NCBI GenBank assembly: GCA_024643755.1
Contig: JAHEMG010000004.1
Location: 1,599-59,906, forward strand
Reading direction: 5' to 3'
DNA length: 58,308 bases
Origin: Flavobacteriales bacterium
Lineage (GTDB): Bacteria; Bacteroidota; Bacteroidia; NS11-12g; UBA955
Below the pieces are notes generated by a model. That model had not been told where the DNA came from. It saw only the letters and a program-made list of their open reading frames with translations, and did not search any database. Of this stretch, positions 51,363 through 58,308 are shown piece by piece (within the stretch, counting starts at the first letter, position 1; every line of letters starts with the position of its first letter). The position numbers were made by a program, and so were the translations under genes.

Positions 51363-52139
51363 ATGACAGCCAGCGTATCACAAAAGAAAAAGGAGCATTT
51401 ATTTTTGGTTCTAGGGATGTTTTTCCTCACCAATGCCATCGTGGCCGAGTTTATCGGTGCCAAAATCTTTTCTCTCGAAAAAACACTGGGGATAGCACCT
51501 GTTGGGATGCAACTATTTGGTGGCACGTTCAATTTCGACATGACGGCCGGGGTGATTTTATGGCCCATCGTTTTCGTTCTCACTGATTTGATCAACGAAT
51601 ATTTTGGCAAAAAAGGGGTTCAGAAATTGTCATGGATTGCCTCTGGATTATTGATTTATGCATTTGTGGCGGTTCGATTGGCCATGTCTTTGAAAGGGGC
51701 CGATTTTTGGATTGGCAGCGGCGCAAACCAAGGATTGCCCAACATGTCGGATTCCTACAACGCCGTATTCGGACAAGGCCTTATGATTATTTTGGGTTCT
51801 TTGGTGGCGTTTTTGGTGGGACAGATCGTTGATGCCACCATCTTCAGCAAACTCAAGGAAAAAACAGGGGATCGATACATTTGGCTGCGCGCAACAGGCA
51901 GCACGGTTGTGAGTCAGTTCATCGATAGCTACGTAGTGTTGGTCATTGCCTTTTATTTGGGTGGCAAATACGATTTGTTGTGGGTGTTGCAGGTTGGCAC
52001 ACTCAACTACATCTATAAAATTGGCATGGCGATTTTATTGCTACCCGTTTTGTATGGGGTACATCGCGTTATTGACAACTATTTGGGCGTTACGCAAATG
52101 CCAGCATCAGGCCAGACAGAATCATCACAATTCCAGTAA
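51363..52139 (+). CDS. Queuosine precursor transporter (YhhQ/VUT family)
   Basis: FIGAKIF, TDLINEYFG, GSLVAFLVGQIVD and WLRATGSTVVSQFIDS. TACTTTTG at 51347-51354 supports the start at 51363. Confidence 0.9.
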   Translation: MTASVSQKKKEHLFLVLGMFFLTNAIVAEFIGAKIFSLEKTLGIAPVGMQLFGGTFNFDMTAGVILWPIVFVLTDLINEYFGKKGVQKLSWIASGLLIYAFVAVRLAMSLKGADFWIGSGANQGLPNMSDSYNAVFGQGLMIILGSLVAFLVGQIVDATIFSKLKEKTGDRYIWLRATGSTVVSQFIDSYVVLVIAFYLGGKYDLLWVLQVGTLNYIYKIGMAILLLPVLYGVHRVIDNYLGVTQMPASGQTESSQFQ

Positions 52140-52722
52140 TTACGCCAGCATTGTGTTCTAGGCGATGCGAATTCCATCGCTCGAGGCCGTGAAAGCCAAT
52201 CCAAACTCCACCCATCATGCTCAACCAGGTGGTGAGTGAATAAACCACAACCAACGTGAGAATAACACCCCAACCAAAAGGTGCGAGGGTGAAAAAATAC
52301 GATTCTATTTCCATGCAGGGCGATAGAAATAAGGATATCAACACAATACCAAAAGCCCATTTGCCTTCTTTGTTGGCGGTTTTGTTTGGAAAGTGAAAAT
52401 GGTGATGGCGATGATGGCGGTAGAGGAACCACAACCCCAACAGGACCATGATGGTACCACCCACAGATTCAAAGTGCCAATGGGCAGCAGGGAATTCAAG
52501 TTGGTTAGAATTGGACATACCCCATAGGGTCAATTGGGCCAATATCAAACCAATGAGCACGGTGCCAGCGGCATGGGCGATGGCGGCTAGGCCGGTATAG
52601 CGAAGTGTTTGCGACTTACTCCAACCCATTTTCTTGGCCAATGCCAAAAAAGGCAACCAATGTCCAGGAATGAATCCATGAAGCACACTGATTACAAAGG
52701 CTGCGATGAGTTGTTCTATCAT
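52090..52722 (-). CDS. RcnA/NiCoT-like nickel/cobalt transporter
   Basis: About 6 TM segments; HGFIPGHW signature, His-rich loop RHHRHHHFH and LSPC motif. TATCTTTG at 52728-52735 lies 5 nt before the ATG. Confidence 0.75.
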   Translation of the reverse strand: MIEQLIAAFVISVLHGFIPGHWLPFLALAKKMGWSKSQTLRYTGLAAIAHAAGTVLIGLILAQLTLWGMSNSNQLEFPAAHWHFESVGGTIMVLLGLWFLYRHHRHHHFHFPNKTANKEGKWAFGIVLISLFLSPCMEIESYFFTLAPFGWGVILTLVVVYSLTTWLSMMGGVWIGFHGLERWNSHRLEHNAGVITGIVMILSGLMLAFA

Positions 52723-52742
52723 TGTTACAAAGATAACGGCTT

Positions 52743-52777
52743 AAAAAAGAAAAGCCCCGCCGAAGCGAGGCTTTTCT
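52743..52777 (-). terminator. Intrinsic terminator after rpsA
   Basis: Minus strand reads AGAAAAGCCTCGC-TTCG-GCGGGGCTTTTCT-TTTTT, with a cUUCGg tetraloop. Confidence 0.9.
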
Positions 52778-52792
52778 GAATTCTCTTATGAA

Positions 52793-54928
52793 TTAGAGCG
52801 ATTTGGCTTCTTCGATCCATTTGCCCCACTGGTCGGCAGAGATTTTAGCATCTTCTGCAGTCATAGCGGCAATTTTCTCGTCGTTCAAACCTTTCAAATC
52901 TTCGATGCTGTTAACACCCAAAGCGATCATACGCTTTTCCATTGCTGGACCAACACCTGAAAGTGACTTCAAGGTTGCAGATGTAGTAGCAGCAGCGACA
53001 GTTTCAGCAGCAGCGGCAGCTTCAGCTTCAACCTTTTTGGCTTCTGCTTTGTCAGCTTTTGCTTTTGCATCTACTTTTTCAGCTTTCTCAAATTGAGCAC
53101 GCAAGGCAGTCAAAGCATCCAATTCACCAAACGTTGACTTCTCAGAAGTCTGGTTGATTTTCTTCACCACTTTGGTAGCGTTCTTACGCGCTTTGTCCTT
53201 GGCGTTGTTATCAGAATCTTTGCTTGCTCTTTCAGCACCTTTCCAAATGTTGGTGTGAGAAACGATGATGCGCTTGGCATCTTTTGAGAACTCGATAACT
53301 TCGAATTCCAATGTTTCGTCATCCGCCATTGTGGTGTTGTCGGCTTTCTTAATGTGGCGTGAAGGCGCGAACGCTTCAACACCGTACTGCATTTGAATGG
53401 TTGCACCTTTGTCGTTCACAGACATTACAGTACCCTCATGGATTGAACCAATTGAGAAGATGGTCTCAAATGTTTCCCATGGGTTTTCTTCCAACTGCTT
53501 ATGACCCAAACTCAAACGACGGTTTTCTTTGTCCACTTCCAAAACCACTACTTCCAACTTATCACCTTTCTTGGTGAATTCGCTAGGATGCTTGATTTTC
53601 TTGTTCCAGCTCAAGTCAGAAACGTGAACCAAACCATCAATTCCTTCTTCCAATTCCAAGAACAATCCATAAGACGTCAAGTTCTTCACAATACCTGTGT
53701 GCTTGCTGCCCAATGCATATTTGTTCTCGATTTCGATCCAAGGATCTTGGGTCAATTGCTTGATACCCAAAGACATTTTGTGCTCAGAACGATCCAATGA
53801 AAGCACCAACGCTTCTACATCGTCGCCCACTTTCAAGTATTCTGAAGGGTTGCGCAAGTGTGAACTCCAGCTCATTTCACTTACGTGAACCAAACCTTCA
53901 ACACCTGGCTTGATTTCGATGAATGCACCGTAATCAGCAACAGAAACAACCTTACCGCTTACTTTGGTACCTTCCAAAATATCTGCAGTCAAGTTATCCC
54001 ATGGGTGAGAAGTCAATTGCTTCAAGCCCAAAGAAATACGCTTCTTAGTATCATCGTAATCCAAGATTACAACCTGGATGCGATCATCCAACTTCAACAC
54101 CTCTTCAGGGTGGTTGATACGACCCCATGAAATATCAGTGATGTGCAACAAACCATCGATACCGCCCAAATCAACGAACACACCGAAAGAAGTCATGTTT
54201 TTCACAACACCTTCCAATACCTGTCCTTTTTCCAATTTAGACAAAATCACAGACTTCTGTGCTTCGATATCGTCTTCAATCAACGCTTTGTGTGATACAA
54301 CCACGTTCTTGTAGATTTCATTGATTTTAACAATTTTGAAATCCATGTTCTTACCTACGTACTGATCGTAGTCACGAACGGGCTTGGTATCAATTTGAGA
54401 TCCTGGCAAGAACGTATCAAAACTAAACACGTCAACCACCAATCCACCTTTGGTTCTTGAACGCACATAACCGGTAACGATTGCATCGTTGTTGTGTGCT
54501 TCAACAATTTTCTCCCAAGCAGTTTCTTGCAAAGCTTTCTTTCTGCTCAAGATCAATTGACCCATTTTGTCTTCAGCGATGTCTACGAATACTTCAACTT
54601 CATCGCCCAAAGCCAAGTTTGGCACATCACGGAATTCTGTACGTGGCACAAGACCATCACTCTTGAAACCGATGTTTACAACAACATCTTTTTCGTTCAT
54701 ACCTACTACGGTACCCTTAACAACTTGTTTTTCAACAACAGGTTGGAAAGTAGAGTTGTAAGCATCTTCAAGACGCTTGCGCTCGTCGTTAGAATAAGAC
54801 TCGAAGCCAGCTTCATCAGCGCCCCAGTCAAAATCGTCATGTGCTGCTGCTGCAGCTGTTTTGGTGTTTTTTGCCTTAGAAACTTCTACGGTTTCTTCAA
54901 TGGCTTGTTCGTTTTTTTCGTTTGTCAA
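52793..54928 (-). CDS. rpsA: 30S ribosomal protein bS1 with a C-terminal Ala/Lys linker and HhH (DUF4332-like) domain; TTG start
   Basis: Six S1 repeats (IGFKSDGLVP, FLPGSQID, DGLLHITDISW, EGLVHVSEMSW, DGLVHVSDLSW and a sixth); an in-frame TTG at 54928 follows an SD and a promoter. Confidence 0.95.
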   Translation of the reverse strand: MTNEKNEQAIEETVEVSKAKNTKTAAAAAHDDFDWGADEAGFESYSNDERKRLEDAYNSTFQPVVEKQVVKGTVVGMNEKDVVVNIGFKSDGLVPRTEFRDVPNLALGDEVEVFVDIAEDKMGQLILSRKKALQETAWEKIVEAHNNDAIVTGYVRSRTKGGLVVDVFSFDTFLPGSQIDTKPVRDYDQYVGKNMDFKIVKINEIYKNVVVSHKALIEDDIEAQKSVILSKLEKGQVLEGVVKNMTSFGVFVDLGGIDGLLHITDISWGRINHPEEVLKLDDRIQVVILDYDDTKKRISLGLKQLTSHPWDNLTADILEGTKVSGKVVSVADYGAFIEIKPGVEGLVHVSEMSWSSHLRNPSEYLKVGDDVEALVLSLDRSEHKMSLGIKQLTQDPWIEIENKYALGSKHTGIVKNLTSYGLFLELEEGIDGLVHVSDLSWNKKIKHPSEFTKKGDKLEVVVLEVDKENRRLSLGHKQLEENPWETFETIFSIGSIHEGTVMSVNDKGATIQMQYGVEAFAPSRHIKKADNTTMADDETLEFEVIEFSKDAKRIIVSHTNIWKGAERASKDSDNNAKDKARKNATKVVKKINQTSEKSTFGELDALTALRAQFEKAEKVDAKAKADKAEAKKVEAEAAAAAETVAAATTSATLKSLSGVGPAMEKRMIALGVNSIEDLKGLNDEKIAAMTAEDAKISADQWGKWIEEAKSL

Positions 54929-54937
54929 GAAATAGTT

Positions 54938-54963
54938 CCTCCTTTGATCGAGCGGCAAAATTA
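54938..54963 (-). promoter_or_regulatory. rpsA -7 promoter (54956-54963) and Shine-Dalgarno sequence (54938-54945)
   Basis: Minus strand reads TAATTTTG-CCGCTCGATC-AAAGGAGG-AACTATTTC-TTG. Confidence 0.75.
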
Positions 54964-55096
54964 ATGAAATAATGTTGATTATTCCGATAAAATGGCATAT
55001 TTTGTAATATTCGCAAATACTAATTGCATTCCTACCCCATTTTTTCACAATTCGCAAACATTCAATTCGAAAATTCTTGTAGGTTTGCCAATAGGT

Positions 55097-57913
55097 ATGG
55101 CAAAATCAGTTTCAAACGCGCATCAAACAGCTTCACCGGCAACGCCGAGCGCAGCAACCCTTCTCTCATTTGAAGCATTCCAACAATCGTTTTCAACCCT
55201 TGTGGCCCATCGCACTGAGGCACAATCACCTGCCCCTTGGTATCTAATATACACAGGCAATCAATCGCCCAAACCCTCCGAATACCAATCCCATGAGTCT
55301 TTCGTGGCCAACAGCTCACCAGGCGCTTATGTCGTTGGGAAACCCAAACCCGCCAAAAGTGCTATCCAAGAAGCCCTAACTGGAATTAACGAATCAGACA
55401 TACAATGTAAGTGGATTCTTCTCAACACAAGCGCCATTGCCAAACTCCAGAGCGACAAAGCCCAGTTCAATACCCTATTTGAATTGGCCTACTCCTTGGA
55501 AAAAAGCAACCTTCCTACCCAACTGGCCGAACTCAACACAAATAGCACGCCTACTTCACTGAGCGCATTGCTGAAAATCCGCTGGACCGCCGCCATCAAC
55601 TACTACATCAAAGCAAACAAAAACATTCATCGATGGGCATTCATGCTGCTATCTGTTTTTGCCGTGATTTTCATGACCCAAATGAGCAAAACCGCTTCCA
55701 TCTCTGGCGATGAATTCACCCAATATACTTACTCTAAACTCATTGCAAACTACTACCTCGATCCGGTGGGCATGGCCATCCCCATAGATACCAACGAACT
55801 CAAAGGTCAGCGTATGCCAACACTCGCCAAAGCACTGCCTGAAATGGGCTCTGACTTGGCAACGATCAAAGACCCAGATCGTATCATGCACGTGTATGGT
55901 TCTAGCTTCGATACCTTCACCACAATCCTCGGCCATTGGATGGGTACCGAAGACCCCATGGGATTCAGGCACTGGTGGAATGCAATTTTTGGATTCTTGG
56001 CGATTTTTTACACCGCACTTGTGGTCAAATTCCTCACCAAAGGCAGTTGGCTTTACGCTTGGGTATCACTCATTGTGATGCTCTTTATGCCTCGCTTCTT
56101 CGGCGAAGCCATGAATAACCCCAAAGACGTACCCTTTGCCCTCGGTTACATCATGAGCTTGTATTATGCCCTTAAATTATTCAAAAGCGGTAGCAAACCC
56201 GCTTGGAACAACATCGTTGGATTGGTATTCGGCACAGCATTGGGCATAAGTGTCAGAATTGGTGGATTGCTTAGCGTTGCGATTTTCATCATGTACGCCG
56301 GCTTGAAATACATTGAGAAAATTGGACTACCCGCATTTTTGTCATTCAAATGGAAAGGATTTTCTTCTACAGCGATTTTCTTGGTTGCGGTGGGATTAGC
56401 CGCCTACATTTTGGGTATTGTTGTTTGGCCATACGGTTGGACAGACCCCATCAACAACCCATTAGAATCGTTGAAAGAGTTTACGAATTACTCGGTTTCC
56501 TTGCGACAGTTGTTTGAAGGCAAATTGTATGATTCAGATCTTTTGCCACTGTATTACCTGAGGAAATACTTGATCATCACCACCCCATTGGCTGTGATGT
56601 TTGGCATCGGTTTATTTGCGATTTTGTTGTACCCCAACCGCAAACAATTCAACAATGAAATCTTCTTGATTCTCTTCGCTGCCATTTTCCCTGTGGTGTA
56701 CATTTACATTCAAAAATCTCAAGTTTATGGCGGAATCCGTCAGATCCTGTTCACACTGCCTTGCTTTGTGGGCATCGCATTTGTTGGCTACCATTGGCTT
56801 GATGCCTACCTATCAAAAATCAATGCAAAACTCAAAGGAGCGATTCTGGGTTTGGTTTTGTTGGGCACCGCCTTACCCGCAAAATTCGTATTGGCCAATC
56901 ATCCCGTGAGCTATTCTTACTTTAACGAACTTCAAGGTGGCACCAAAGCAGCTTATGGAGAATACGAAATGGACTATTACTTGGCCAGTTTGCGTCCCGC
57001 CACCGAATGGTTCCTGAAAAACGTTGCAGAAAAGAATCCCAACAAGCAATACGAAGTCCTGTCGTACGGTATGGATCACGTAAAATACTATTGTCGCAAC
57101 CAAAAGAATGTTCACGTTGGCTACACGCGCTTCGATGACCGCAGTGCTAAAAAATGGGATTACTGCATTTTCTACAATGCCTATTTTGATAAATCCCGAC
57201 TCAATTCGGGAGAATTCCCTCCCAAAGGCACCGTGTATCAACAAATGGTGGATGGCGTACCCGCTGGCATTGTCATCGAACGTCCGATATCATCGCCCGA
57301 TGGCAGTTTGGATGATTACGAAGGCATCAAAGCCATTGAAAAAGATACCGCCTTTGCTCGTGGCATTGACTTGTTGAAGCGCTATGCCCAGACCGACCCA
57401 AATCGCTCGGAAATACATTTTTACTTGTCTACTGCCTATGCCAATTTGGGACAGCTTGACGATGCCATTCGTTCTGCAGAAACCGCAAGAAAATACTATC
57501 CAGAGCACTCTAGAAGTTGCTTCGCCCTGCACCAATATTACGTTTCCAAAAAGGAATACGACAAAGCCATTCAGGTTATGTCGGAATTCATCGTATCACG
57601 TCCTCGCGATGGCGAAGGCTATGTAATGAAAGCCCAGGCGCAATTGATGAAGGGCGATGCTGTATCAGGGTTAAACACACTCCAAGAAGCGGTTGCGGTG
57701 AATCCGATGGACTATCGCGTCTACGGTTTGGGGGCTCAGGCCTATCAAATGCGAAAAGATGTAACAAATTACAACCTTTGGGTGCAGGCAGCACAAATTG
57801 GCACAGCGAAAACGCAGATTGATTTCCAGATGGGCGTTGAAGCGATCATGACGATTTTCGAATCCATCACAGGAACTCCGTTAGACACGAAGAAATACGG
57901 ACTAGAGAATTAA
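55097..57913 (+). CDS. GT-C fold (ArnT/PMT-like) membrane glycosyltransferase with C-terminal TPRs
   Basis: First-loop SGDE motif, PRFFGEAMNNPKDVPFA, about 11-13 TM segments, Y.YFNE..GG...AYG.YE.DY and a TPR tail. TAGGTTTG promoter at 55080-55087. Confidence 0.8.
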   Translation: MAKSVSNAHQTASPATPSAATLLSFEAFQQSFSTLVAHRTEAQSPAPWYLIYTGNQSPKPSEYQSHESFVANSSPGAYVVGKPKPAKSAIQEALTGINESDIQCKWILLNTSAIAKLQSDKAQFNTLFELAYSLEKSNLPTQLAELNTNSTPTSLSALLKIRWTAAINYYIKANKNIHRWAFMLLSVFAVIFMTQMSKTASISGDEFTQYTYSKLIANYYLDPVGMAIPIDTNELKGQRMPTLAKALPEMGSDLATIKDPDRIMHVYGSSFDTFTTILGHWMGTEDPMGFRHWWNAIFGFLAIFYTALVVKFLTKGSWLYAWVSLIVMLFMPRFFGEAMNNPKDVPFALGYIMSLYYALKLFKSGSKPAWNNIVGLVFGTALGISVRIGGLLSVAIFIMYAGLKYIEKIGLPAFLSFKWKGFSSTAIFLVAVGLAAYILGIVVWPYGWTDPINNPLESLKEFTNYSVSLRQLFEGKLYDSDLLPLYYLRKYLIITTPLAVMFGIGLFAILLYPNRKQFNNEIFLILFAAIFPVVYIYIQKSQVYGGIRQILFTLPCFVGIAFVGYHWLDAYLSKINAKLKGAILGLVLLGTALPAKFVLANHPVSYSYFNELQGGTKAAYGEYEMDYYLASLRPATEWFLKNVAEKNPNKQYEVLSYGMDHVKYYCRNQKNVHVGYTRFDDRSAKKWDYCIFYNAYFDKSRLNSGEFPPKGTVYQQMVDGVPAGIVIERPISSPDGSLDDYEGIKAIEKDTAFARGIDLLKRYAQTDPNRSEIHFYLSTAYANLGQLDDAIRSAETARKYYPEHSRSCFALHQYYVSKKEYDKAIQVMSEFIVSRPRDGEGYVMKAQAQLMKGDAVSGLNTLQEAVAVNPMDYRVYGLGAQAYQMRKDVTNYNLWVQAAQIGTAKTQIDFQMGVEAIMTIFESITGTPLDTKKYGLEN

Positions 57914-58308
57914 GCGGGGCGCTTATGCTTCCAGCGGCGATGACTCCACAACCAAATGTGGGGTTGTTGCTGAATTTCTCGCTCGGTATGCTCGGCAATT
58001 AAGCGGGTAATTTCTCCATCGGGCATACTTGAGGGATCCAAACACAAGGGTACCGTTTTGGCTTCGTAATAGCCGCGCTTTACTTTGGTGCTAGACAAAT
58101 AGTACAATGGCATATTGAGTTTCTTGGCGATCTTTTCCGGCCCCATCATAAACGGGGTATCTTGATGCAAGAAATTTGTCCAATAGGCCCCTTTGCCTGA
58201 ACTCGGATTTTGATCCCCAATAAATGCATTCACTGTTACCACAGCTTTGTTGGCGTCTAACACCCTGAGCGTTTGTTCCATTGGAATTGGATTTGCGCCA
58301 AATTTGCT
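57910..58308 (-). CDS. Lipid A late acyltransferase (LpxL/HtrB family), 5' end outside the window
   Basis: FIGDQNP, FLHQDTP...GPEKIA and E.EI...P..WLWSHRRWK. Confidence 0.85.
   Translation of the reverse strand, partial: SKFGANPIPMEQTLRVLDANKAVVTVNAFIGDQNPSSGKGAYWTNFLHQDTPFMMGPEKIAKKLNMPLYYLSSTKVKRGYYEAKTVPLCLDPSSMPDGEITRLIAEHTEREIQQQPHIWLWSHRRWKHKRPA

Noticed and set aside
54929-55096. Overlapping long N-terminal extensions of rpsA and the GT-C gene in the ORF track
   Set aside because: Both run through the divergent promoter region; better starts are TTG 54928 and ATG 55097.

Overview
A compact, gene-dense stretch of core chromosome from a Bacteroidota (Bacteroidetes) bacterium. The assignment rests on TAnnTTTG promoters, a T9SS-sorted protease, a TonB receptor/DUF4249 pair, a GlsA/GlsB-like pair and a Flavobacterium-type Alternative Complex III. 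I saw no mobile elements, CRISPR arrays or rRNA. Contents in order: TPR protein and gyrA; M16 peptidase; uvrA, DUF4249 lipoprotein, TonB receptor and folB; glutaryl-CoA dehydrogenase, phosphoglucomutase and two amino-lipid acyltransferases; S8 protease; tcdA; two lipoproteins; tRNA-Leu(UAA); rocD; a large outer-membrane protein with a degenerate peptidase domain; mreBCD-mrdA-rodA; an FG-GAP/ASPIC-UnbV lipoprotein; a 51-aa basic ORF missing from the ORF track; a vanadium-haloperoxidase-family lipoprotein; valS; actABCDEF; an SLT and a TPR protein; a queuosine-precursor transporter; an RcnA-like metal transporter; rpsA; a GT-C/TPR glycosyltransferase; and a truncated lipid A acyltransferase. The best leads are four. 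(1) The 51-aa basic gene has its own promoter and terminator and looks like a ribosomal or ribosome-associated protein. (2) The ASPIC-UnbV and haloperoxidase lipoproteins may form a cell-surface module. (3) rpsA has a strong Shine-Dalgarno sequence with a TTG start and a fused C-terminal helix-hairpin-helix domain. (4) Many genes start 4-6 nt after the -7 box, suggesting near-leaderless mRNAs. All family calls come from motif recognition by eye; no database search was run.
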